64,000 nt of DNA from Phoronis australis (Eukaryota > Animalia > Phoronida): the NCBI GenBank assembly GCA_002633005.1, contig NMRA01000404.1, positions 271,394 to 335,393 on the forward strand, given 5' to 3'. A program made the translations under genes and the position numbers. The notes under the pieces were generated by a model. That model worked only from the letters and a program-made list of their open reading frames with translations, had not been told where the DNA came from and did not search any database. Shown in pieces: positions 38,901 to 50,600 of the stretch. Position 1 is the first letter of the stretch. Every line of letters begins with the position of its first letter.

Positions 38901-41900
38901 ACTTCTGATTAAAATTGTATATGTATTTTAACTTTTTTTTTCTAAATGCATGTTTTTAACGCTATGCCATGTGCCTTTTCAGATGAGACATGACTTCAAC
39001 CTGGCACACTCCAGCCAGGACTCCAGTGTATTTAATGCCACTCAATCAGAGCTTATTACTAAGATACTTTATGGAACATTGGAGGACTACAAAAATAAAT
39101 ACAATATGGATGTGCAGGTAAACACTGTTACACCAGATTGGAGTGTTATGTGCTAGTCAGATATTACTGAGATTGATTTGTTAAAGATAGACCTCACTTC
39201 CCCTTAATCGATTTCATTTGTGGTTAGCATTCAGTATGGAGACAGTGTGCATTTTGTGTGCATTCAGTATTCAGCTAGTAGGCATTGCGTATACATTCAC
39301 TGTGCATTCAGTAAGTATTTTGTCAGCAGAGTTACTTGTATGTTACAGGCTATCAACGAGTCTGTGCAGTCACTGGGTTCTGCTTTGCAAACCCTTACAG
39401 TACGTGTGACCTCCAATAATGCCCAGATAATAGCATTGGCTACCACAATACAACAACTGGCTCAGTCATCCGTCCACAATGTTTTAATGCCTGGCCCGGC
39501 CCTGGTGACCGGTGAGTAAACTAGTCAATCTCTGTCTTCAGGGGGTGTGGTCAGTTGCATGACGAAGTCCAACTTAGTGGACTTAACAAAGTCACCAGAC
39601 TAACATGGGGTGTCCCTGTCAAGGTTACAGGAAGCTTTGCAGGGTCCCTATCTGGGAGCTTTCTCTAATACAAGGGAAACTGTCCTCATCAACATAATTC
39701 TTGACATTCTCGAGCACTTCTGGTTGGTTTGATCATCTTTAAAATTTCTTTTGTTAATGGCTCAATTTAGGGATTTAATTTCTATCGGTAAATGCTATAC
39801 ATATTTGAACCAAAATCTGGGGGCATCCCCTAACCTGAGAGGCTGTTTTGTGTAACTGGGTGCTGGTCTCATACATATTGTAATGGTGTGGTTTAAATGT
39901 TCTTATAAGGTGAATTGGGAAGAAATGAATTGTTGTTGGTGGTTTATCAAACATTGATGGAAGAGGGTGCTTCTTTCATGCATGGTTTAGTATTGGACCT
40001 GTAACAATATTGTTTTGGTTTTCAGGTTTTGTGTGTGTCTAACTGGCTAGTGACCTACTTAATTCAATAATGTTTTCACTAAACCTTTAAAGTTGCTATG
40101 ATCACACATTTCGCCTGATTTTTACCTTTTATTTAGATTACTTATGAAATCTGTCTAATATTATTTTGCCAAGCAATGGGTAAAAAATCGCGCATCATTT
40201 TTGCTCGTGTTTGGTGGATATTCTTGATTGTATTGATTGAATAGTGTTTGGTGGATATTCTTGATTGTATTGATTGAATAGTGTTTGGTGGATATTCTTG
40301 ATTGTATTGATTGAATTGTGAGCAACTGAAACAATACTGCACCACCAACTTGATTTTCAAAAAAAACAGGGCGAATCAACTACGCTTTTTAATCTTGCCT
40401 AACATTTTCAAATTTCCATTTCATGTCTCAAATCTTTTCTATTCAGTAGCAAAACAAACGACATGTAGTTCAGTTCTGGTCGTTCCCTTCCAAAATTCTG
40501 GAGAAGGTAGTTAGAAATGGTCGAGCTGTTGTAGTGAGTGAGTAGGGTGGACACGATGACACATATTGTTCAAAGAACATGTCTGATGATGCAGGTGAGA
40601 GCAGGGGTCCCATTACAGGTGAAGGTGATGATAACAAAACCCCTTATAATGAGGACAAGCATCAGGAGGTACACAATATCTCTGATGATAGCAATGGTCA
40701 CATAACAGATGTGAGTGATGACAACAAGACCTCATATAAGGGAAGGCATCAAGAGGTACACAGCAGTCCCTCTAGTGATAACAAGGGTCACATGACTGAT
40801 GTGAGTGATGACAAGTCCCCTTATGGTGACGGCAAGTACCAGGAGGAACAGTACAATCCTGCTAGTGGTAATATGGACATGGGAGAGAGTAGACCTGCAT
40901 ATACTGGTGGGGGTCTACAGCGTGAGAGGATAGGTATGCCTGAAGGAGAGGAGACAGACACACTGAACAAGGGAGAGACACCAGCATACTCTACTGGTGG
41001 TCTTCAGCGTGGGAGGCTAGGTATGTCTGAAGGAGAGGAGACAGGCACACTGAGCAGAGAGTCTGGTATGAAACACGAACATGGTGATGTGCAGACTGAA
41101 GCAGAGAGTGCTGATGATGTGCGGAACAAAAGCATTTGGCCTGAAGAAAACTATGGCACTTCACAGGACATTCCAGGTCACTCCCTAGGTGGCAGTGCAA
41201 GCAACAATAAAGTGGGAAAAGGTAGCCATCCTGTGAAAGGAGTCAAAGCCAATGGAGGGAAGTCCAAGCAGCAGATCAAGTTTCATGTGGGTGATCTGCA
41301 AGGGGTTCGTGGTAACTCTGAGGTAGATGAGAACCAGTTGAAGACTGGTGCTGGACATGTTGACAATATCGATTACGGTGTGGGGTATAAAGAGGAGAGG
41401 AAACAACAGAACTATGGCCTGCCCCCTGGTGACAGTGTCACGGATATGAAAGGGAAAGTAGGGCACGGTATGTTCAGTGATGATGATGATGACGTCACTG
41501 CGCAGCATCAGGCTGGAGGTGATCATGACCAGAATGGTGACTTGCACGCTGGCCGGGATTTTGGACAACTGGGTGAAAAAGACAGCTTGCCGGATGAACC
41601 TGTAGAAGCCAGCGACATTCCTGGTCAGTGGTTACATGCTTCAGCTGGCTTACTCTCTTACGACAGCTAGCTCCTCCTATGTGTGTATGCTGACAACTGT
41701 CTAGCCTGTCTCACAGCTGCTTGTCTTTATAACATCAACTCTATGAACACATCTTAACTGCATTGCATTAGTTCCTCCTTTGCTTTAAGCTTACAGTGGT
41801 TGCGGTGGAATTGTATCAGTCATATTGCAGTGTGCTCTCACGTGCTCGTGTTCTGTTTTATCCTATGAAGCTCATAGGGTCTCTGAGATCATCCCTACTC

Positions 41901-44793
41901 GCATTAATAAACAATAATTATGGATCACTACTCATGTACTGAAAAGGAAATGTCTTTAATAATACCTGTAAAATATTATATTATTTTACTTGATTATGGC
42001 AAAAGTTTGAAGTGTTCTTCATCATTGTTTACATTTTCCATCATCATTAAATTACAACTAGGACTAATATCATCGCATGTCACTAATGTTGACCAAGAAA
42101 GTAGCTAATTTTCCAATGATGATGATGAACTGTCACTTGATCAAATGTCACATGATCAGCTGTCACATGATCAGCTGTCACATGATCAGCTATCACATGA
42201 TCGGCTGTCACATGATTGACTGAAGAAAGCTACAATACATTGTGGCTGCTCAAGATTTACTTACTTACTGCAGTCAGACAGTGATGATGTGCTTGAAAAG
42301 TAGATTAAGGTTGTTCGCTAGCATGGATTTTAATAGCAAAATAGTGTTCTCTGACACATAAGAATTACCTGAAACTCCTCTTCTTTCTGTGACCTTGTAT
42401 TTTAATGTGTTAAACGTCAAGTTATTTTGGTTGTGATATGTTGTATGTTCAGCTGTGTCAATTATTCATTGTAGACCCGAATTCTGGTGCACAGGCGCCA
42501 TCTACAGAGGTAGGCATGAGTCAAGAAGTACCCAATGATGTCACAAAAAAACCCAATCCCAATGTGCCCACAACACTAGAGCCTGAGGGTACCACGAGGA
42601 AAATAGTCAAATTTTGGAGCTATGACACTCCACAAAGTAAGCCTCAGTCTCCCATGCTTGTGTAATTGTCTATGTTTACAGTGTTAGTTGTGTATGGGGA
42701 GGAGTTTTTACAAGAAAAGAATTGAGAGCCTTGTTTTGTATAACCAACATCAGTTTATGCTTGCGGCAAAACTCCTCGTTTATGGAACAGAAATAATGTA
42801 TGAATTCTATACCATAATTCAACATTCCAACCTCACCAACCAATCATTTAAGTGGACATCATTTTGTAGGACAGGGTAGTAAGCTCCCGAGCATTCTTTT
42901 GAAACTCGTAATTTTTTGACATCTTACTTTACGGGCAAGAAACTTGGTCTATGGCACACTACACAATTTGTTCCTATGTGGAAAGTCATTTACAGTTGAT
43001 TTGCACTGGATTTTCATCTGTCATTTACTGCTTCTCGTGTAGAGTTACATCAACACAACCTACCTTCTGTTGTAAGAAGTAAAATTCTTGGTTTCTTGTT
43101 CAGCGACATGTTTTTCAATGTATCTTAAACCGGCAATGTAGCGGTAGTTTTTATTTAGGGCTGTTCCAGCAAAATTTGTGTGGGGGACGGCAGTTGAAAT
43201 AAAAATTAATGGATGATTGTCTTCTGAAACAAATTGAAATTATGGGTGGCCCTTCTTCAAAGAAGAAAATTGATAAAACTAGGTGGTATTTTTTGTCCTG
43301 AAAATGTTGACAGACGGGTGAGTATTTTCAGAAAAGAACAATCTCAGTAGCATCTGAAATAATTCAAACTCAAAAAATCACTTGCCCCATGCCCAAAATT
43401 TCCCCAAAACAAGACAAGCCCGTGTTGCTAGTGTACAGAGTGCAATATGTACACTATGCCAATACTCAAGTCATGGGCAACTTGATTACAGCTACTTGTT
43501 GAACAGCCATATTAGAATGAAAATTAGTGCAACACTAAACTGGTGTTAAACATCTAATGAAATCTTATAAATTTTTTAATAAAAAAGAATGAATCAGATA
43601 GATGAGTTCCACTATTCACTTGCTGGTAACATTGTGGACCCTAGCTATATGGATAAACAATAACGGTCAGTTTTTGTTCAAGTCTAGACATTACTTTTAA
43701 TTTAAGCAAGGATCAAACTAAGACCTGTTTTGTATTGATACGCAGTCTAAATCAAGAGTTTGTTTACTGAAGGTGGGTACTTGGCAGCTAAGCATCATCT
43801 GATTCAGTTAACAAAACTCCTAAAAGGTGGCAGTCATAATGACACACAACCACTGTCGCCATCTGTGGAGAGTTCATATACTACAGTAATTTCTCACCAA
43901 TTTCTGACAAAATTATTGCAAAAAATTGACCTTTTATTTTCAAAAGCTAATATTGTTGTGAATGTCCATTTTTTCACAATTTTTCAAAATATTGACCGAT
44001 GGAAGCTACTGTGTAGAACTTGAAAATGATGAAACATTTACTATTTGGTGAATGTTATGAACATGAATTAAAGAGGGGTTTGTTTGCCAGATTGTGCCTT
44101 AAAATGATGAGATCTTAGCGTATATATGTATTTTATCCCAAAACGTTGGTGAACCTTGCAGAACTGGAGGTTGGTCACTCCCGCTGGGATAAAAATGGAG
44201 ACGGGAAAGTTGATCCCGCTGATCTGCCAGACTTCTTTGGACCTCACATCACAGAGGAAGATCTGGACAACTACAGGAAATTTGACATGGACAACGACGG
44301 TCTGCTCAACTTAGACGAAACGATGATGGCCGCGGGGTTCAATCCTCCGTCAAAACAAGAAGACACTACTGAGAAGTTGTCAGGTACTGTGTTCATGTGT
44401 TGAGGCAATGACGGTCCTAAATAATGGTGTTAATGCTAGAAACCAACTCGTTTTTATAAACTTCAAGTTAAAGTTAATTGCTTGGTGTGTATTTTTGTTT
44501 ATTCACTACATCGCTTCACCACAGGACCTTACAGTTGCAAGTCTAAGTTTTTATATAAGATTGCACAGTTCTGCACGGTAAAAACTGTTTTTTGTCACAG
44601 AAGCAACTCCAGTCTTGCTAGATCTTGCATAAACGGTCTTTACATTTGTCGTAAATGTAGTACACGGGGACTGTTACCTTACACATCTATGTCTACTTTT
44701 GAATTAGTCTTTCCTCAGTTTGGTTTTGCTACTCTGAATCATTGGTTTGATTATATTTCTATTACAGGTGTTCTCGATGAGGTCTCCACCTAG
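23846..44793 (+). CDS. EFCAB14: EF-hand calcium-binding domain-containing protein 14-like (type II TM, coiled coil, C-terminal EF-hand pair), with two alternative 5' modules
   Basis: Module A: 23846-23988 + 26505-26707. Module B: 30239-30456 (or 30462) + 30944-31101. Common exons: 32177-32254, 34628-34716, 35456-35554, 36596-36784, 37376-37444, 37986-38132, 38501-38695, 38983-39117, 39349-39511, [~40595-41623], 42475-42636, 44162-44383, 44768-44793. MKKRRELDAL, ACAGLAWVHIELKKDLD and KSAPALKALPDKVDTLTQSVAT resemble EFCAB14/KIAA0494; EF loops DKNGDGKVDPAD and DMDNDGLLNLDE. Confidence 0.85.
24696..26295. mobile_element. TTAA-flanked non-autonomous DNA transposon (Kolobok-like), spans the N gap
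   Basis: Left ttaa|gagtgactccatataaaaacca and right tggtttttatatggactgcctc|ttaa form an imperfect ~22-bp TIR. Confidence 0.65.
25184..25305. other. Assembly gap (N run)
   Basis: Run of N bases. Confidence 0.99.
26505..26707 (+). CDS. EFCAB14: EFCAB14 alternative TM exon A2
   Basis: tttgtag acceptor in phase 2 matches A1; SCC followed by hydrophobic FVLVLLFAIIFLCLAGVVLLYY and a heptad segment; donor G|gtaaac in phase 1. Confidence 0.7.
27090..27447 (+). repeat. Interspersed repeat (~360 bp); second copy at ~46283-46646
   Basis: Shared colinear blocks aattccttatctctgtgatt, ctgggtaataacactgcat, gcatagattatgtt, atacatctttaa. Confidence 0.75.
30239..30456 (+). CDS. EFCAB14: EFCAB14 canonical first exon B1
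   Basis: MKKMKKRRELDAL...KKKGHHELLQNQDSGSSEIDEF resembles the vertebrate EFCAB14 N-terminus; donor at 30457 or 30463, both phase 2. Confidence 0.85.
30944..31101 (+). CDS. EFCAB14: EFCAB14 canonical TM exon B2
   Basis: CSRCITVVTCLLSVLCIIACAGLAWVHIELKKDLD; ttgtag acceptor, gtatga donor. Confidence 0.88.
32177..32254 (+). CDS. EFCAB14: EFCAB14 first common exon (VETKTKGTVIDDKELQKQVKTVFQSL)
   Basis: Strong tttttag acceptor in phase 1, gtaagt donor. Confidence 0.8.
33848..34033. repeat. 33-bp minisatellite, ~5.5 copies
   Basis: aactgagtaccataatgatgtaatggtatgtca. Confidence 0.9.
34628..34716 (+). CDS. EFCAB14: EFCAB14 exon (KAGAPFDLEKMKKSFDEGVKEATKDLTKK)
   Basis: ttacag acceptor, gtaaca donor, phase 1 to 0. 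Confidence 0.78.
35456..35554 (+). CDS. EFCAB14: EFCAB14 coiled-coil exon (VTELEGEVERLKESVKSAPALKALPDKVDTLTQ)
   Basis: gacag acceptor, gtatgg donor; family-like KSA..L..LP..V..L motif. Confidence 0.82.
35575..35945. repeat. 22-bp minisatellite, ~17 copies
   Basis: ggactgtgtaatggatgtaaat. Confidence 0.92.
36596..36784 (+). CDS. EFCAB14: EFCAB14 coiled-coil exon (SVATVKGDL...)
   Basis: tttgtag acceptor, gtcagt donor, phase 0-0. Confidence 0.8.
37376..37444 (+). CDS. EFCAB14: EFCAB14 exon (NLTVLSTVQASLKTIQDAVSSNR)
   Basis: ttctag acceptor, gtaagt donor, 69 nt, open frame. Confidence 0.65.
37986..38132 (+). CDS. EFCAB14: EFCAB14 exon (FHLEHLDNVTEGLTLRLELLEQQ...)
   Basis: tttcag acceptor, gtgagt donor, phase 0-0. 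Confidence 0.75.
38501..38695 (+). CDS. EFCAB14: EFCAB14 exon with internal 48-bp duplication
   Basis: tttcag acceptor, gtcagc donor; VNSSTAVSGDALNQLT-like unit x2. Confidence 0.75.
38983..39117 (+). CDS. EFCAB14: EFCAB14 exon (MRHDFNL...NMDVQ)
   Basis: ttttcag acceptor, gtaaac donor. Confidence 0.72.
39349..39511 (+). CDS. EFCAB14: EFCAB14 exon (AINESVQSLGSALQTL...)
   Basis: ttacag acceptor, gtgagt donor in phase 1. Confidence 0.75.
40207..40315. repeat. ~37-bp tandem repeat x3
   Basis: gtgtttggtggatattcttgattgtattgattgaata. Confidence 0.85.
40595..41623 (+). CDS. Large Asp/Gly/His-rich low-complexity exon, probably an EFCAB14 cassette exon
   Basis: 363-aa ORF at 40579-41670; phase-1 donor G|gtcagt at 41624 fits the next exon. 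Acceptor uncertain (AG ending 40594 or 40618, both phase 1). Confidence 0.6.
42145..42217. repeat. 15-bp tandem repeat, ~5 copies
   Basis: tgtcacatgatcagc. Confidence 0.85.
42475..42636 (+). CDS. EFCAB14: EFCAB14 exon (DPNSGAQ...RKIVKFWSYDTPQ)
   Basis: ttgtag acceptor, gtaagc donor, phase 1-1. Confidence 0.75.
43158..43630. mobile_element. Truncated copy of the Harbinger-like MITE
   Basis: Left TIR gggctgttccagcaaaatttg; interior (cagagtgcaata...caagtcatgggcaacttgatt) is shared with the 58962 copy; no right TIR seen. Confidence 0.65.
44162..44383 (+). CDS. EFCAB14: EFCAB14 EF-hand pair exon
   Basis: WDKNGDGKVDPADL and FDMDNDGLLNLDE EF-hand loops; ttgcag acceptor, gtactg donor. Confidence 0.88.
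44768..44793 (+). CDS. EFCAB14: EFCAB14 terminal micro-exon (GVLDEVST*)
   Basis: attacag acceptor in phase 1, TAG stop. Confidence 0.65.
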
Positions 44794-46282
44794 TACCATG
44801 TCTGCTTGTCAAGCCATTGAACAGTGAACAAACTGCTTCGTGTGAAGTAAAGTATAAATACATAATTATAAGAAACTAGCCATGGAGAGTTGGTAATCAA
44901 GTTTCCTGTCATCTCAGTTTTAGAGCACGTTTTTTATTTCACCTAATTTTATAGTGTGAGAAAAAGACAATTGCATGACATTTGTTACTTTGAGTGCAAG
45001 TCAAGAAAATTTGTTTAATATGTCATGATGTGCTTCTTGGAATTGTGCGATTTTCTTGGTTTCTCAAATTAATGTTTGTGCGAGAACTATGATTCATTAT
45101 GAATGAGAGTTCATTGTTCAGTGTTTTTGTCAATTTTATGTTGTCATAGAAGAACTGTTTTCATTGAATCTATTCATTACTATTGGTTGTACCCTCAAGT
45201 AATGTCGCTCAAGTTGTTACAGAGATTGAGTGATTTAAAGTATAATAAAGAACATTAATTGTACCATGTACATAATTTATTACTGGATCATCTACTTACA
45301 TATGTTGTAGTACTGTGAAAATGGTCATTATTTAATCATGCTTCCTTCTCTATTGTGGTCAATACTTGTTCATGTTCTAAAAGTACCAATATGGTGTGAA
45401 CCCTCAGTTTTATTTTGTTAAACAGAGGTGGCTTGGAATTTGAATGCAATCTGTATTTCTGGCTTGCTATAGTTACGGCCACCAATGTTCCTTTTTGGTC
45501 AACTGCCCAGGCATTAATGCCAAATATGATCTTTTCTCACCAACAGTGTGTTGAAAAGGAATGCAGTTTGTAAGAACTGTTTCTTAGAAAATAACTGCTA
45601 CGCACGAGAAGGGAACTACAGGTTGGTAGGCAATGAGTGCTGTTAGTGAGAATCCACACTGGTTGGTGGGCACAGAAACCAGTGTTTGTGTCAGAAGTAC
45701 ATCTGTGATTATGTAGTGTTGATTGGGTCATTAGGAGTGTGACTTGCATTAATGAAGAGCTGGTAATTCTGTTATCTTGTGTAAAGTTTCATTGGATTGT
45801 GTATTGTAAATAGAATGGTGGTAAAATAAAAATTAATTTCCATTAATATGATTTTGTGTTATAGTGGTGAGGAATCGAAAAACCAAACAAAACTCAAGCG
45901 GGTAAACAAAATTTGGTTTCTGTGTTGGGTCATTTTCCACAGATGATCTTTGGCTACTACAGTGCATGCCCATAGCTGGGATTTCGATGATGTTGATAAA
46001 ATGAAAAACATTGACATACAGTATGTATGAATTAAGACATAGTGTGTCTTGAGTTTTTAGAAGTGGTTTACAGTTGAGAGATGGTGATCCGAGTATTCCT
46101 AGAATTTGGAACTTAACCATGTAACACCTGAGAAGATACCAAGCTGACACAGAAGTATTTGGGTATCTCACAAAGTAATAAGTCATTTACAGGAGCTTCA
46201 GATTTTGAGAACCAGTTTGATGCCAGCTGTTCAGCAGAGAAAACTGGTTCTCAAAATCCAGGGGCCAGTGGAACTTGCAGGC

Positions 46283-46646
46283 AAATTCCTTATCTCTGTG
46301 ATTATTTGGCCAAATTAGAAACACAACATATAACGATAATGTGAATATGAAGTTGGTAGAAAATTGCTAAATGTTTTTAAGAAGCAGTTCTGTGGCGAAA
46401 ATGATCCGCTGCAAAGCACTGTGTCCAGCAAGTATCGTGACGTGGTGCTGGGTAATAACACTGCATTATGCGAGCCCCCAAGGTACGTCAGTGCAAAGAT
46501 TACCTATTTGTATAATTTTTTGTTTCCACATTTACTAGTTGTCAATGAACTCAACTGCACTTTGTTTAGCATAGATTATGTTGCAAAAGCATTGTCGTTC
46601 AGTTCCTGTAATTCATTAGCATAGTCGGGAGCAAATACATCTTTAA
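46283..46646 (+). repeat. Interspersed repeat, copy 2
   Basis: Homologous to 27090-27447. Confidence 0.75.
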
Positions 46647-47482
46647 GTTACCATTACTCAAATATCAAAACATTTTGACAGCAGTTGAGTTTCAAGTTCT
46701 CAAAACAATGTGAACGTTTTATTCTGTTTAATCTCATGCCATAAATGAACAACTACCATAGTGAACATAAAGCTTAGAAAAGTTATTTCAACTGCAACAC
46801 CATATGGTCACAATACATATTAAGCTGAAGGGAGGTAACTAGACTGTTGTAACAGCATATTACACATACAACCTCGTGAAAATATTTTCTCCAAAACGGC
46901 TTGTTAATGAGAATATGCTTGAATTATTGAATTTTGTTTTTGTTCCAATTTGGAGAAACTTCTGAATGCCCTCATGCATTGAAAAAGCAAAAGCTACCGC
47001 CTACCAAGAGGTAATAATTCCATGTGCCACCAGGTGGCACAAAGTGTCCTGCATGAACAGTCACCACTACAACATAAGTCTCATTTAACTGTGCAGCATC
47101 TATGAACCTGCTTTAACTCTCAAAAACTCGATTTTCATTCACTTTCGGTTATAAAATTGGTCCTTATTGACATCAGAAGTTCTGGGTTTGGGAGAACACA
47201 AAGTTGGTTAAAACTGAAGACCAGTTTAAATAGCTTGATCCACTGGGTCATTTACAACCGACTAAGACCAGTCCTTCCAAAGCCTAGAAATAACTTAGTT
47301 ACAAACATGAGACGACCAGTCTCATAACAGTACCTGTGTCTAAATCAGAATTCTTTTTTAGAGAAGACAGATTCAAAACAATGTTCACACAATTTTCCAT
47401 TCTCGGTACAACGCACAGGTATAGACAGCCGACTCCACAAGTGCCAGGGATGACCTCAGCAGCCAGTCTGACACCTCATATA

Positions 47483-47662
47483 TTAGGTGCCAGAAAAGGG
47501 CTCCAATACCAGTTCGTAGTTGGCATCCTTTTGCAGGGGTCTCTGCAGGGGGTGTGCCACCAGCTGAGCTAGGTAATCGAACAATTTTGTTGTATTCTTG
47601 GAAACTTCGAATACATAGGACAAACCTTTGTGGTCAAGATTGCATATTGTGTCAAATATAGC
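47483..47662 (-). CDS. BABAM1: BABAM1 terminal exon
   Basis: LDHKGLSYVFEV...LAQLVAHPLQRPLQ, TAA stop. Confidence 0.92.
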   Translation of the reverse strand, partial: AIFDTICNLDHKGLSYVFEVSKNTTKLFDYLAQLVAHPLQRPLQKDANYELVLEPFSGT

Positions 47663-50600
47663 CTGCAAAACAAAATTCAGACAACATCACGTCTGTAAAA
47701 TATTGGGTTCATAAAGATCATGAGTAATGGCTTACCAATTATACAACAAATAAATATACACTTTTGACAACAGATTGCATTACTTGAAAATACAGATCTT
47801 AAAGTAGACTTAAAGGAGCATGCCACCCAAAAAACAACCTAATTTGTATTAATTTAGATCGAGTAGTTCTACTCCATAACGACACGTACGGTTGCGTTAC
47901 CTGACACCTGACGGCAGACGGAGGTGTTGAAATTATCCAATGACGTCATCGGTTTCACACGCAGTTTGTTCAGCAGTTCACAACACGGGTTACTGGTGTC
48001 GGCTTATCGCTTGAAGTCATCGTTTAACACCAATAAATCATCTAACTTCGATGCAAAACCCTTAAAAATACATCGAGTTCTTATAAAAACGTGTTGTTTT
48101 ATTTCGCTCTTACGGATTTATTGGTATTTGGACACACCGTAGCCTACAAAGTTCGACAGGCCAGTAAGGTCCGTAGCAGGAGTTTGGAGTCAGTTCGGAG
48201 ATAATTTCGAAGTATTTTCCGTGAGATACAGACATGAGAACCTAGATCTGTGTTGTTTAGACTTGTGATTTTTTGATTTCTAAACACAAAACGCTTGTTA
48301 TCCTGCCGCCAGTGGCTCGGAGCCAGATTAGGCCCGTCGCGGCCGGCCGCGGGATTTTAAGTTGTTATCCCGACCAGTGGCTCGGAAACTGATCAGACAT
48401 CACGAACATAAACCAGCCGCAGTTCAGTGGAAACTAAACTTCCAGTCAAGAAAATACTATACTAGTGAGCCAAAGTAATGTGCACCTGATTATGTTGGTG
48501 AATTAGCCACGAAACTGTAAATCTACATACTCGTCGGGGGCCGTGAATTCAGGTACCGCTTTGGCCACAGCACCGTCAGGGCAGAAGTTGTACACTGACA
48601 ATCATTATTTGAGTAATGTAAAAGGAAATAAAGATTCCCCTAACACCTGGCCGTGGGATGGAAATCGAGTTGTTTCACAACAGTTTCTGCCAGAAAACAC
48701 TAAATTAGCATGAACTCACACGGCCTCGGCCGTCCCGTCAGTTTTATTGCACCTAAAGCCGGTAACGCAGTGATTTATTCATTGTTGGCTTCACAAATCA
48801 TTTGCACTCAAGAACACTCCAAAGGCATTAGAAATTGCATCTAATGAGACAGACTTTGTTTCGGTTTTATTGGTTAGGGTGAGAATAATTCATTCAGTAA
48901 TTCATAGCGGGTCAACATGGCAACTCCCAATCCCGACTTACTAGGACGAGCTAGAGCTCATCAGTCCCGACTTCGCAGGTGGATCGTTAAGTTTTACAGG
49001 CTATCAATTCGAAAAGAAATACAGTGATGAAGAAATACTAGAGAGGCGCCGTGAACATGCTCAGACAACGGAACGTATGGAGTTATTTGATAAGCCGGCA
49101 TTCGTGTAGGCACTGTCGACGTCTGCAGGCCAGACACGGAGATGTTTCACGGCCTCGTACTTGCTAATTACAGCGTACATTTCATTCTTCACTACCATGA
49201 GCCACTTCCTAAGCATTTTGGACTTTCGAGGAAGTAAAAAAAAATGGTATACCCGCTTTCCTCGCAGCTGCTTAGTTCGCACAAGCGGGGGAACCATGCA
49301 CCGCAACATAGCGGCATTCACTCTGCATATGAACCACCGACGTCGCTAGCGTCGTTTCTCACCTTCCTCACAGGTTAACGCGACACCTCTTGGCAAGGTA
49401 AGGTCGACCGTATGCGAGGCGTTGTGGATATAGACCGATTAAGACGTCAAAAAAGACTAATTAAATCGGGTGGCATTCGCCTTTAAATGCTTTCAAGTAA
49501 TTGTGTAATTGTCAGTTCAGAAAGCCAGCCGAGACAGTCAACAACACCAAACAAGAGTGTGCACAGTGTAACAAATCTGGTTTCTTCATATAAGCGTTAT
49601 ATTAAACCAAAGAACTTTAACACACTATCAAAGATAAATAGTCTCTATTCTCAGTAAGGGCTGTTCCAGTAAAACCTGTATGGGAGGGGGGGAAGGCACC
49701 TATTTTTCGCACCCACCACCCATATTTTTCATTTATTTCTTCAGCCTACCACCCGTAATTTTTTATAAGTTTGAAATGCAACCACCCGTAATTTTTTTGT
49801 TCTTGTGGTTAACTGCACAGGCGCTTGAGTTTATCTGTTCCTCCATCACCACTAACGTCATTCATTACTAAGAAAACACATGTTTCTTATAATAGTTATT
49901 AGCCATCGAGAAATTCGAGCACCTGTGGTTAAATGGTGTTATGGGCATGCCGATGAGGAGATTGGAGGGAGTGGAAAAGTCGGAGCTTTTTGCAAGTTGC
50001 ATTTTTGTTTCAGTTTTTGATTCTGTGCGGATTGTTTATAAAATTTACTAAAATTACCCACCATCAAACATTTATGGCCCAATGAAACAACAACGACCTG
50101 TAAATTTTTATTTTTGAAGTACGACCACCAGCCATTTTGAATTTAAATCAAACGCAACCACCAATAAATTTTTATTTCAGTTGCCTTCCCCCACTCCCAC
50201 ACAGATTTTGCTGGAACAGCCCTAACCAAAACAAAAGAGTGCTAGACAAATTTCATGGGAGATAAGTCTAATAACACAACACTGCTGACTAATAACACAA
50301 CACTGCTGACTCACCTCACACTGGTTGTCCTCTGAGGGAGACTTGTGTAAGTAGAAGGCATCTAGGAAGAAGTGTACAGAGGACTGGAGCATGTTGAGAG
50401 ACTGCAAGGATACACAGGGGAGATTATATCATGTTGAGAGACTGCAAGGATACACAGGGGAGATTATATCATGTTGAGAGACTGCAAGAATACAAAAGGG
50501 CTTATAACATGTCAAGAGATTGTAAGGATACACAGCGGTTTGTAACATGTTGAGAGACTGCAAAATACACAAGGGATAGTTCTAACACTAGGACAGATTA

